Assembly (NCBI RefSeq): GCF_006345805.1
Contig: NC_042999.1
Location: forward strand, 71,920,001-71,984,000
Direction: 5' to 3'
Length of the DNA stretch: 64,000 nucleotides
Origin: Octopus sinensis
Lineage: Eukaryota
Shown: positions 50,754 to 64,000 of the stretch, one piece after another
Layout: each line of letters starts with the position of its first letter
Numbering within the stretch: position 1 is the first letter of the stretch
Program-made: the position numbers and the translations under genes
Notes under the pieces: model-generated
Databases searched by the model: none
What the model was told of the DNA's origin: nothing
The model's input: only the letters and a program-made list of their open reading frames with translations

Positions 50754-52805
50754 GTAAGTATATTTATCAGATTTTTATACGGTTTTAATGATTTATTTTT
50801 TCTTATCTACTATGTACCATTTCCTCCAATACACTTCCTCACACTAAATATCATGTGCTTGTTTCGTGTGTTTGCTTAATTTACTGTGAGCACAGAATGT
50901 ATTAGAAATACTTTCTTTGTGGTTTACCAATAGCTTGTGAGTGGAATTTGTGAGGCAGAAACTGGGCATAAACCTATTGGATATGCCTGTATGTATCTAT
51001 GTATGCATGGCGCAGGCGTAGATGCGCTTGTAAGAAATTTGCTCCCCAATGATGAGGTGTTATGTTCAGTCCAGTTGTGTAGCATTGACGAAAGATGAGG
51101 AGGTCAGGATATACTATATCTTGTAAGTTTAGATGGTGCGGTGCGCGATGAACATCCAGCTTTAAGCTGGTAGAGTAAAGGAGATTAAATAGACAAAAAA
51201 AAATAGATGATGAGGAGCAGAAGGAATGAAATGGTGAGAAGAAAGAACTAGAACATAAAGAATATAAGGCATGCTATATGGGACACCGTTAGAATGAGAG
51301 ATGGGTGATTGATGAGTCATTGCAGTGCATTGAAATTGATCAAGTTACATTTTGTTACTATTTGCTTTTCAGTTCTATATTCCGCTAACATTTACCAGTT
51401 AATCTGGAACTAAATAAGTCCATTGCATCGATAAAGGTTCCCTCTTTAAGCAACAGGGTAACGGTAAGCTTACTGAGCATTACGTTGTGAACCCAGTTCA
51501 AGACTGTTTATATCTTCATGTTATGAACAACCGTTCTGATACCTAGCTTCCGTTCTGATCCGTCAAAGAAAGTATAACTCAGAATATTTAACAATGTTGT
51601 ATGTTTATCTCACGAAAACCCAGATAAGTATTATAATATTCTGAAATTAAAATTATTGAAAAAGTAATCTAAGAGTTAAGAAATAATCAATAATGGACAT
51701 GATTCATGTGATTTTCCTGTCACTGATTCTTAATTCCGTTACAAATATAGATTCATGTTTCACAATACTTCTTAGACTTTTTTTTTTAATGAAACTGTTT
51801 TCGTAATTGTAAATACATCTGGTATGAAATTTAAATTCCATCTCTTTGACTTCATAGGGTCACGAGAGGTGAAATTTTCCCTTCCTTTTCCCTTAAAGAT
51901 GTACTAAGAACTTTGACACCTGTTTTCAAACTATTAGTTTGTGTAACACTTTCTGGTAAACTTTAGCACAGACATGAGACAACTATGTGGCTTTGCATTT
52001 GATCCATAGCATAACACTAAGAGAAAGTGTTTTCAAGCATAATTACAGGTTGATTAAGATTCCATTCAATGAATAAAACTTACGCGATAGAAGCTCTGTG
52101 GACTTATGTCATGGAGACAGTTTCTATTCTTGATGACACCTAGTCTCGAAGAACCGTCCGTGGAGTCCTCTCTTTCTAACTTCTGCGACAAGTCTCCACT
52201 TTGAGGATATCTATTCTTCCGTCTATTCTTGGAGGTATTCTGAAGTGTCATGTATGATGTCCTTACAATACTACCGAACATTTGGAAATAAATCAATAAA
52301 GTAAATAGATTTATTGGAGGACCAATATATTTCTATCTCGATATCAGCTGTGTTATTTTTTTCTATGGCCACATTCTACGATCAAATTACGCAGTTCTCT
52401 TTGTCGCAATTGGTAATACATGTCTGTGTACCTCATGCTAGTACGCATCGGCATTACTGTTATATGTTAAACGTTTTATTCCCTTATGCTCCTGAGCTAA
52501 AATACTTCGTGTATTGCAATTTGGATGAGGATAGTCATTACCTTGTCTTGATGTCTACTTCACAAAGCCTTTTAATTGTGTTTATATGTTTTTGTCATTT
52601 GCTTCATATTTTTCATGTATTCCATAATATGCTGTTTAATAGTTCAACACAAAGAAAATTTATATAATACGTTGATATAATGTTTTACTTGTAATAAGAA
52701 TAGTAACAAATCACGCTTGATAAAAAAAGATCAGAAAAATATTAGAAAATACGTTATAAACTAAAATTATAATATACAAATTAATGAAAAAAGAAGAAAC
52801 AGGGA

Positions 52806-53170
52806 TCATAGAAATTGCTGGAAACCCAGACCGATGCGATTAATATTCAGCTGGGCCGTCAATTGCTTCAGATCTGTAGAGAAATATACGCCGGTGGAGG
52901 TTGGCAAATTCCAAAGAAATGAAGTATTGGAAAGAAAGGATTGACTAATGAGAGAAGGTGAAATTAGTAGAGTTGTCTGGGATGAGAAGGCCTGGGGCAT
53001 AATTAGACAAGTTAGAGGACTAGAAGCAGTTTCCGTTTCAGTAGTGTGGGAAGAGAAATAAGAGACAAGTAAAATTGTTGGGAATAAGTTCTTATAGCGA
53101 TTTGAGTTTGAATATTTACCAATCAGTCAGACGGCCTTTTGGATGATTTGGCTTATAAGACCAAATCTTT
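52806..53170 (-). mobile_element. L2/CR1-type LINE 3' end relic
   Basis: SFLSNTSFLWNLP...TDLKQL..NINRI resembles the typical LINE ORF2 terminus. Confidence 0.5.
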
Positions 53171-54634
53171 GTCAAATCACAAAATTCTGTATGGAAATTC
53201 CCACTTAGGCTATCGATCAGCTTTTTTTTGGCGTCATGTAATCACATTCTATTTTGGTCAGTGCTGGGAACGTTTACCAAGAAACAAAACGTAATAAGGT
53301 TATTCTTCGGAAACCGAAATTATGAAGGCTGGTAATACGAACACGCCTGCGTGCACGCCACACACACACACACACACACACACATGCACGCACACGCACA
53401 CACACACACACACAGACACACACACACACACACGCACACGCAATTAGCTGTAAATATTTTCCCAAGATCTCAGAAATTATGTCCAGTTGTAAAAAGTATA
53501 GAAACGACATTACCAATTACCTCTGAAAAGACGAAATTATAATGGCTGGAATTCTCCGATTGTTGGTCTGCCCTGTGAGGACTGAACTAGGACTAAAAGA
53601 CACCAAAAATCTACAACCAATACATGTTAACTTGCCCACTTAGCCTGACCTACTGAGCAATTACCTGGCTATAGCATATCATAGTGTAAAGCAGTACACT
53701 TGTGTGTTATGTACATATACCTCGCATTATTTGCTTCTACTGGCGAATAAAACTAATACAATTTCAGTCTCATGCATTTAATTATACATGTGCTGGGTTT
53801 ATTGAGACTGTTATAGATATCGACACGACAGTCGTATTTCTGCAACAGAAGACAAATTGATGATTATTTAATTCAGTTGATATCAGAAGAAATATTTACG
53901 AACATGGAGCAATTTTTCGGTCTCCCCAAGAAAATTCTTTATTAGAATACTTCGTTAAATCTGTCTGCTACAGTGATTTTCATTGCAATGATATGAAATC
54001 AACAACGAACCTGAGAATGTTAAATAATGAATCCCTTTGTCCAATAATCAATATAATCAGAGTGAAGAATGCAGAAAATTAGCTAGACCGTAGTTGTGTA
54101 CTAATGAAGATACATGTATAGAACAAAAAATATTAGTTTAATACCGTTTAATATATATTATAACTGTAATATAATGGAAGTAAATTTATGCACATGCACA
54201 GAACTATAATGTACACAAAAATAGATACATATATGGACATAAACATATACACGCACGTACAGAAGAACAAGTGTGCATTTAATGACCAAAAAGGTCAATG
54301 CGATTATATTTACGCATGAAAATACAGATTTATGTGAATGCATGACGCTGCACCATTTGTAAACATTACATACAGGTGGCGGTTCCCCAGCATGACCACA
54401 GCTCGTGAGCTGAAACTAGTTCAATTCCTATATATACGTATGTGTGTGTGCGTATGTGTTATATCGTAAGCAAAAATAAAACAATACTTTGACAAACTTA
54501 TGAATAAAAATATATTTACATTTTTATGAAAACAACTGTGAGAGATAAAGGACGGCAGCAATTGTATAGTTCTCTTTTACGGTGATTAGATAAAAATGTA
54601 AATATACTCTTTCTTTCATTATAAATTATTCAAA

Positions 54635-54689
<55 letters not shown>

Positions 54690-54796
54690 TGAAGTCGTGT
54701 GGCTTTCAGTGCACAACATGTATACTGATCGATAGCTACCAACCGATAAAAGTTCGCTTTCGTGTTTATTATAACTTCACATAGAAACAAACATTA

Positions 54797-54831
<35 letters not shown>

Positions 54832-56239
54832 ATATATATATACATATAATACAAAAAGGGACAAGAACGCAAAACATCCGGACAGATAGGTGATACAATA
54901 TTGGGACAACAAAACATCCAGATAGACGATACAAAGTAAACTAGGACGGGTCATTCGAAGTTCTCTTGAGATTGCTCCAATTTGGCCAGCACCAAGGAAA
55001 GACTAAGCTAAGAGCATTAGATTCCTTGGAAGAAAGCAGCAAATGTATACAAAATCAAGGACGGAAACGTGTGTCTGTTTGCGCGCGCGTGTGTGTGTGT
55101 GTGCGTGTGTGTGTGTGTGTAGTTAGTCTGTGTGTTTGTGTGTTTGTATATGTGTGTGCATGTATGTCTGTATATGTTAGCATATAATTTTATGCGCATA
55201 TGTGTGTTATCATGTCTTAGTGATAAACGGGAGCTTTAAATTCGGCGAGTAAACACCAGTCTCTGATGTAGCGCAGCATCTTGATGTCACGTGATCTAGT
55301 AGGTGAGACACCCATGGCAGACAGTTCTCGTTTGCTAACGATACATGTTTGTGCTTTTAGTACCGTGCGCTTGTATTAGAGGATCTCTCAACGTAAATAC
55401 CACAGTATTCGGCCTTCTAATAATACATCCACGTTGCTAATATATTTCTATTTATAGATGTATATGTATGTGTGTGTGTAAATCTGTATATTTTATATGG
55501 AGATGTAAGAACGTGTTGCAATGAGTGACTTCAACAATATATATTAAGGACTAAATGCTCGCCTACACGAATTTGTGAGTGAGTGTGTGTATGGAAGTGT
55601 ACGTGTATGCGTGTGCGCGCGCGTGTACGTGTGTCTGTATGTGTGTATGTGTATGTTTGTCTGTTTATTGACGGTTACATATACCTCTTTTTGTGTAATG
55701 CTTTAATGTCTCTTTATTGAAGTAATTATTCTCGATATATAGTGCCAAAACTTACTTTATTAACACGACTCATTCTTCCATTGAATTGTTCTCCACGTTT
55801 AGCTGCTTTCTTATTGCATTTCATTAAAGCATTCAATGAAATAAACGAAACGTTTTACATTATAGTCATGTCACTTATAGAGTATTTTCAAACGACTTCA
55901 TTGAACATTTAGTGAATGCATTGCTTCAAAGACCCCAATTTCGTTGCTTTGTAATTCTGAAATTTCATCAGTTACTGTTATTTTTTGAGGATGTTATTTC
56001 CTGTTTTCAGCTTTTCCATGTCAAACGTCAATGAATCATTGAACTCTTATATATCTACAGTTTCTATATAGACAATTATTCCAAATGAGAGTTGAAATGG
56101 CCTACTTACCATGCTTTCTATCCTGTCAGTGTACTATTATCGTGAACATAATATTTCACTTTTAAATGATTCTATACATCTGTAAATATGTACCGCATCG
56201 TTGGAAGCGCCTGCTAATCTAAGAAACAGTAGGAGTAAT

Positions 56240-56628
56240 ATCGGTTTGAAATTTTGGTACAAGGCGAGCAAGTTTGGGACAGAGAATAGATCGATTACAT
56301 CAGCACGAATTGCTCAACTAGTACTTATTTTATCGACCCTGAAAGGATGAAAGGAAAAGTTCACCTCGACGGAATTTGAACTCAGAACTTGAAGATTGAA
56401 AAAATGCTGCTTAGCGTTTTGTCCGGTGTGCAAATGATTCTGCCAGCTCGCCACCTTCAGTATATGTAATATTTGTATCAAATGTTGGCACAAGGCCATC
56501 AGGGTCGGAAGTGCAGGTAATTCGATTACATCGACCCCAGTACTCAACTGTTACCTATTTTATCGACCCCGAAAAGATGAAATGCAAATTCGACGTCGGC
56601 GTGCAAACAATTCTGTCAGCTCGTCGCT
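56240..56628 (-). mobile_element. Two tandem SINE family B copies
   Basis: TTTTATCGACCC.GAAA.GATGAAA occurs twice, each copy ending CTG.CAGCTCG.C.C.TT. Confidence 0.85.
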
Positions 56629-57809
56629 TTGTGTAGGAGTAATATTAAGGGGTGTTCGATGTACTGAATGCAACACTCGCTACAAATAGAGCCACTAGAG
56701 TAAAGGACAGCCACCCTTAATTTATTTTGTCATCAACATTAAGAAGAAATAATCAGTGTTGTTTACACCTATAACATTCACAAGCTATTTTTCTAATCGA
56801 TATTTAAGTCTATATGCTATCATATTGCAATCAGATGAATAGATCATATACATGTTGAGAGTCGGTGATTAAAATATTTGTATCGAGTCAACAACGTTCA
56901 TGTATCTAGGGCTTCTATATTTCTCGTGAAACACTGGCTCTTCCCTGGGATTGTTCCCCTCTAAGCCACAGGCCTTATCTAGGTATATTATTGTATAAAT
57001 CAGACAGCCATCCGTGCATGAAAACTTACACTGCCATAACACTAGTGTTCTCCAAGGAAAAGTACAGAGCTGATACAGATTGTTGATGTCTTATCGTTGT
57101 CGATGCTGATGTAAGAACGTCAAAGCAAGATACAAAATACCCCAAAACATCAAGCTGGAAACTGTAATAATTATGACAATCCAGTGACATGGACCTTTGT
57201 TGGACCTTTGCTGGATACTGCAAGGCATATCCTTCGGCATTCTAAAAGCTTTGACTATTCGTCGTCTATCTGGCGATTGTGTGTGTGTTTAGTATGCACG
57301 CACGCATGTGTATGCGTAAGGAGAGGGTGCAGTCTTTCCTGTGTAATCAGGAAGTAAACTTCGTTGTAGTTCAGCTCCAGATTAGCGTGACCAAACAGAA
57401 CTATAAGAAAAGATGTTCCATTCGTGACCATCCCGTTTTTTTTTTGTTTCTTTTCTTGTACGCCATTTATAAAAGGTATGATTTGGTAGATACCTTGCTC
57501 CTACTTACTTCGTGTCAACTGTCCATATAGAAACTCCTATGCTGAACACCGAGACCAGCTGACATAGACTGATGTCAGCTTACAAAGGATAAATATTCGT
57601 TGGCAATAATGCAGCAGTCAGACCAGACGATGCGCTCGTCTACCAGAAGACGTCTCTCTTTGCCTCTACGTTTTACGCCGGATATTGAGTTTGTATTTCA
57701 GATTTATTGTAAGAGCATGGCGATGATTGTCGTGAAATGCGGATGAGGAAGGAGTTAAATAGAGATAGTGTGACAGTGATGGTCTTGTAGCGTTACAGTT
57801 AGATGTTCT

Positions 57810-58150
57810 TTAACTTGTTTAAGTCATTGTAGAGACAGCCGAACAAATCGACTCCAGTACATGTTTGAAGAGTGGAACGTTATTCTATTTGTCTGTTTTG
57901 CTGGACCAGTAAGTTACAGAACATAATCAAGCCAATACCGGAGTACAAAAACGCGCGCACAGACGCATATATACATACACACACACATATGTAAGTGTGG
58001 GGTGGGAGGGAGATGGTTACGTTATAATTTGTAACCTTTTTATTGCCTACCAAATTCATTCAGAAGCAATTATTTGGTCAGGACTATAGCAGAATAAACT
58101 GGTTGAAAATTCTGCGCAGTGGGATTGATCCGGAAATTGCGAGATTGAAA
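57810..58150 (-). mobile_element. SINE family A, degenerate
   Basis: ACTTGTTT.AGTCATT...AATCGACTCCAG...CTACCAAATTCA..GACTATAGCAGAA..GCAGTGGGATTGA..CTTCTTAACCACA. Confidence 0.65.
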
Positions 58151-58832
58151 AGTGAACTTCTTAACCACAAAACTATATATATATATATATATATACACTT
58201 AAACGAGATGAGAAGGAAGTAATGCACAGTTTGTCCTACACCTTAAATTCCTCGAAATCAAAAGAAGAAACATCTAATCAGCGATTGCAACCACAAGGGT
58301 AATTTTGAATTTATTTAAGTATAAATTCAAAGTTAAATTACCATTAATGGAACAGAATGAAACCAGCCCGAGTTTTGTTTATAGTTGGCTATAATGGTTT
58401 CGAGTCAATAGTCGGCCTAATTTGTCATTATCAGTATAATATATTTTCCCATCTCACGTTCGTTCAATTTTAGTCTAATAATATAAAAAGAGATTTGTAG
58501 GTATTTTACTCAAACGTAATTTGCATACTTAATACAAAATAAGTTTGGAGCTTGTGATGCAATTAAAACTATTGCCATTAGCTCGAAAGTGACATTAACC
58601 AGTGGTACATCTTTTGGTAGCAAAGTGAATGGGAGTACACTGAATGTCGAACACAATAGATTTGTAATATATTTCCATTTTATTGATAACTTAAACTCTA
58701 GTTTCCATCGTTAGCAAGTTTGTAAAATTAACTCGCCTTGTTTCAAGGATAGTTTAACATGGTGAAGAAACTAACAGTCGTAGCTAACTATCACATCCAA
58801 ATCAAAGATAAGATTATTCATTTTCTTAAGCA

Positions 58833-59290
58833 TAGGCGCAGGCGTTGCTGCGTAGATAAGAAGCATGGTTCACAACCATATTGTCTTGGGTTCAGTCCTA
58901 CTCTGCAGCACCTTGAACAAGTGTCATCTAATTTAGCCAGGGTTGACCAAAGCTTTGTGAGTGGATTTGGTAGACGGAATCTGAAAGAAGACTGTCGTAT
59001 AGAGAGATAGATAGATAGATAGATAGATACATACATACATACATACATACATACATACATACATACATACATACATACATACATACATACATACATACAT
59101 ACATGTTTGTGTGTTTCTTTTCACCTGTTTCACAACTGCTGTTGGTTCAGCAAAAAGGACAGACAAAATTAATGCAAGACTTTGAAAATAAAAACTAATG
59201 ACAATCTCTTCGACTAAACCCTTCAACACGGTGCCCTGCCATGGGGCAATTTAATGACTAAAACAAGCAGAATATAAAAAGTTAAAGATA
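58833..59290 (+). mobile_element. SINE family A with internal (GATA)/(TACA) tract
   Basis: AGGCGCAGGCG..GGTTCAGTCCTACT..GTGAGTGGATTTGGTAGACGGAA..AATGACTAAAACAAG. Confidence 0.85.
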
Positions 59291-59571
59291 ATTCAATCGT
59301 GAATTTATTCTTCATTTCACATCAAGTTTTTTTTTCATTTAGGGTTGCTAACAAATGATGATAAATTTTGTTCTACCCCTAATTTGAAGAGAGAATTTGA
59401 ATAAAGGAAGAATGTATCGAGTATGGTATTTGCTGCACTAATATTTCATGTATTTCCATAAGTTCTCACAGAAAAAGAATCTGCATACGATTTCTAATAC
59501 TTCTTCCCATATATATTCGCAGGCGTATGCATGTATGTGTGTGCCAGTGTCGCTCTGTGTGTATGGATGTA

Positions 59572-59643
<72 letters not shown>

Positions 59644-59684
59644 ATCTATCTATCTATCTACCTATCTATCTATCTACCAATCTA

Positions 59685-59742
<58 letters not shown>

Positions 59743-59879
59743 TATATGAATATTTGCTATATACATCATATCCATACTCACTCGCACGTAAGGCAGATGT
59801 GGGTACGTACGTATATATGTATGTGTGTATATATGTGTACCAATTACTCGCTTTATGTATATTATTTTTCTTTTTGTAG

Positions 59880-59999
59880 AAAACACAAAGTGTGAGTCGG
59901 ATCAGTTTAAATGTCGCAATGCTTACTGTATTACACAAAAACAAGTGTGCAACGGGAAAACGGATTGTCTTATGTCAAAATGGGACGAATTTCATTGTG
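59880..59999 (+). CDS. Internal coding exon, LDLa module 3
   Basis: TTTTTCTTTTTGTAG acceptor, 120 bp, phase 1-1, GTAAGT donor. Encodes NTKCESDQFKCRNAYCITQKQVCNGKTDCLMSKWDEFHC. Confidence 0.93.
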
Positions 60000-62900
60000 G
60001 TAAGTTGGTAGAAATTGTCATCTGTTTCTAATTTATTTGCTGAAATTCTTTATTTAATGTTTTATTCCAGCAATGCTTTGGATTGTGTAAAGACTGAATA
60101 CGATGAAGTTGTAACTGATTCGCCAATCAAAATCAGTTGATTTCTTACACAGCCGTTTCTTTTGAGTGAGTGTATAGATGACTAAATTTACTGCAGCATT
60201 TCAGTGGTTCTTTTCCTTATTTTATCGACGATAAGTTGAAATATATTGCGGACAAGTAACGGAAGCTCTACGTGGTTATTCGAAATGATATGAAAACCGG
60301 CCACATTTCCTTTAAATCAAACCGTGCAGTAGTCTTAAAGATAGGAAACAAAGGAGACTGTTTTCCGTCACACACTATTCTTTAAATAAATACATGTCTT
60401 CGATTATTGATCGCTTGGCTATCTTTTAGCTAAACAGGAATTGTAAAACTATCATTTCAAAACCTGTGCGCATAGCATATAGCCTTTCTAGAAATCGCGC
60501 ATTGGTATGTTGCGATTGTTTGGCGAAGCTCTCATGACTGATATTGAAATTACAATCCTGTGGGTATGTAAAGTGAGCCAATGACAAAAACAGGGCGGAA
60601 AGAACGGGTTATTGAACTTCCAGAGCAAAAGGATTGAGTGAAGTACAGTTTGTCGCATTTGAAGGTGAGCCACTTTAAAATATCTCATAATTACATTTCT
60701 GCCATTAATATCATTGGTAACGACAATATGAAATTGAATAATAAAGAGTCTTTGACATGAATCAGGTGTTGTAATATTTTTCCTGTCATGCCAATCTTAT
60801 TTTCATTGTCTATATTTTTGCCCAATTCTTATTTAAACTTTTATGACAGACAAACTTAATGCAAGGAACATGAATTGACTGAATTTGTTTGGTTTCTTTT
60901 ATGCGAAGATTCTCTTATGGTTTTCATAATCCTAAAGACTTTTTTTACGATATAAATGAAAATATTTCATTTAGGAATATATAATAAAAACCTGGCCTCA
61001 ATATAATGCTATATTCTATATTGAAGAATAATCCATATTGAAGAAAAGTAGAAATGTGAAATGAAACTGTGAATTTCATGTCTTTGTCCAGCACATTGTG
61101 GGAAAGAACATTGTTTTAACCGATGTTTGAAACTGCAAGGACGTCCTCTTTTGTAGAAGCTTCTTGCTTTAGGACTTTTGCTTAAAATTTTATTGCACTT
61201 TATTCTTTTTTCTTTGACTGGTTTTAACCACTGATTTGAGACAATGCTACAGCACTGCCATCAATTGTTTGAATCACTACAAAAATAGATGTATTGGAGA
61301 GTATAGAAAACTGTACAGATACCTGGGTCTTAGGTGCCCATAAATGGTATTCTTTTACTGAAAAAAAAACCATAATTCCTTGTTTTGCTATTCTGCTTTT
61401 TTATGTAATATTTCTGGTTTTGTCTATAATCTCCAATACTAATAGAAACCATAGCGTATCGAACAATATATATATAGTACGTTAATTTGTTGCATCTCAG
61501 GATATCCAGTACTCTAATGATGAGATAAGAACCAATAGCTGATACAATGATGTTCCAAGTGACCCAGAATGAGAGTCTGTGTGCTGTGGCTTAATCTGCG
61601 AGAGACAACAGACATCTTCACCAAATCACATTCTGCTATCTTGTCTTTCAAAGAAAAAACAAATAGAATTCATTGAATAATGTAACTTTTGGTACAAGGT
61701 TTCTGGGGGAAAACTTTTGGCTTGATTATGACTCCAATGACCAGTGTTACATTGGCACTATACAACAGGAACAAAAATAATATCCTATGGAGTCAGTTAT
61801 TTGTCACTATAAATAAAACAAAAACGGCACATTTATGTTTTCTGAATCGTGAAGGATCTCTTGAGAATCAATGCGTAACTCCTGATTCATGCTGCAAATG
61901 AAATTGGCTAACAGAAGTCTCCTCTGTAATAAGACAGACATGAATGACAAGAAATCTTCTTCGATGATCTGCTATTTATTTCTTACAGCCAGATAACTGA
62001 AGAAATATTGAATAAAGTATTCTATCTAAAATATCAACATAACACCCATAGCTTTTCGATATTTTACATTTGAATTATGTTCAAATGAAGATAAGAAAGA
62101 CAATTGGTTTCATTCTCTGATCCGTAAAGCAAAACAAATCATTTCTTACAGATTTATAATTTACAAAGATCAGCGCGTGAACTTTATCGTATATGAAACT
62201 TAGAACATTTTACTAATGCAAAATGTCCATACAAGTTTTATTGTTATAACTAATCATTTGTGTGAATTCACATTCTTCCATAAGAAAATATCAGAATATT
62301 GAACGTCATAAGATTTTTTCTAGTTCGCTAAACCTAAATCAGTAAGGGACAATTCAATTATATCAATTTTCAAATGTTCTATTTATTTAGTAAAATACCA
62401 TTTCTAACACGTTCTAAATTTAGAGAAAACATTTTACATTATTATTGAATTTATAGGCATAATCTGTACGCGTAGTAATCAATTTTTAAACATTTGATTT
62501 CATTGAAACACTGCAGAATATTTTCTTTCCATAAAATGTTTCTAGTAAGGGGCAGCCCCTTGGAGCTAATTGCTTTCCAAGCTACACCGCATATCTAAGA
62601 TACAAACTGAACTCAGTACTCCACTGTTCAGAATATTTAATAGCTCTTATATGCATATATCTAATACTAGGCTGACAGAGCTAATGAGAACTAATTACTT
62701 TATCTAAAAACAGTTAATAACCGTATATTAAAAGTCTATACTTGAGTCGGCCTCAATGGAACCAAAAGTAAATTGATACCATATTTACTGACTAGAAGTC
62801 ATAAATGGTTGAATACAACTCGATGATTATTCCAGATAATTCATTAACCATGGAGTACGTAACATAAAATCTATAATTTGAACAGCAAACGATGGGACTC

Positions 62901-64000
62901 TGGAGTAGATGTAAATAATTTATTCTTGTCTTCGTAATGTCAGTTAACTAGAATATAGAATCTAATTTCGTTTAGAAATGATCCAGATATATTACTAGTA
63001 AGCATTTTTGAGACTTCATCCGTATGAAACATTTTTTCCATGGCTTGGTCAGACAGGAATGGCAGCGTTTAGTATCGCATCAGTGTCTCTTATACTAGTG
63101 GTAGAAATGAAGAAATCACGATTCATTACGTTTATTCCACCATGGAGATCCTCACTCTTCTTGTCAGTTCATTTTTACTTACAAGGTTTCGGTCGTCTGG
63201 AGGCTATTGTAGACGTCAGTTACACAAACCACTACGCGGTCGAGTCCAAAGCAAAAGCAAATCGATCATAGTGAATGTGATGGCCAGCAGGTGATCACTG
63301 ACCCTCTACAATAACTGCCCATTTGTAAATAATATGAATTCCACAAATGATATAATCACATAAAGAAAGCTATAGCTAATGCTTCTGGAGTTTTATTGAG
63401 TGTTGTTATTGTTTAGTCCCAGTCTACGCTGATCGACTTTACCCAGCAATGCAGTCATGCAGTCCTAGTTTTCTTCTACAGATACAGTTATTCTGGAATG
63501 TAGCCTTCCATTTGTAAGATTGTATTGTGTGAAGTAGATGAGATTTCCTTACCATTTCTGAATAATTGAATGCCTCTGTGGCGAGCGTAGAGTTATTACT
63601 CCTAGTAAATGTTTCTGCTGCTCTAAAGTTCCAGCAGACCTAGAGAAACCAACTTAAGATTCTGCTCCATTTCCATCCGATTTCAGGCCCCGAGTTTACA
63701 TTTCGAGCATATTGGAGCAGAACGAACACAGAGATCTCAGAGGAACAGAGTCAATCATGAATATATGTGTGAGAATGCATAAATATTATATTATAGTTTG
63801 CCGAATTACGTATATATTTTAATTAATTTGGTAGTTTGGAGTTCAACAAGCTTTCGTTAATATCAGTACTTTTGAAGTAGAGGATAAAACTCTCACCTTT
63901 TATTTTATCTGAATACAACATGTAGTTGGAAACCGACTGTCAAATCAATAATCCAAATTTTCCCTAAACATTATTATATCACTCAAAATTCCTTATGGCA

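Noticed and set aside
55938-55972. Minus-strand CTGATGA...GAAA
   Set aside because: Stem II and stem I do not pair.

Overview
AT-rich animal genomic DNA full of microsatellites. The SINE families, (TA)n/(CA)n load and gene type point to a cephalopod, most likely Octopus (inference). The only host coding sequence I can support is three small phase-1/phase-1 exons on + (22344-22460, 50622-50753, 59880-59999). Each encodes one LDL-receptor class A module and they splice in frame into a GRL101-like (LDLa-LRR-GPCR type) ectodomain, across introns of about 28.2 kb and 9.1 kb. The rest is intron or flank filled with transposon debris: a cluster of three R4/Dong-type RLE non-LTR retrotransposons in (TAA)n, several Penelope-like elements (PLE: RT + GIY-YIG), mariner, pogo, hAT and MITE relics, CR1/L2 and Gypsy relics, and two tRNA-derived SINE families. 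The main signal missed by the ORF track is about 11 minimal type-I hammerhead ribozyme (HHR) motifs from several unrelated families, most with a palindromic stem III. Seven are packed into 28.5-32.1 kb between (TA)n tracts. Two pairs sit in long near-perfect palindromes carrying one ribozyme per strand. Fold-back (inverted) duplications also recur from about 10 bp to 250 bp in unrelated sequences.
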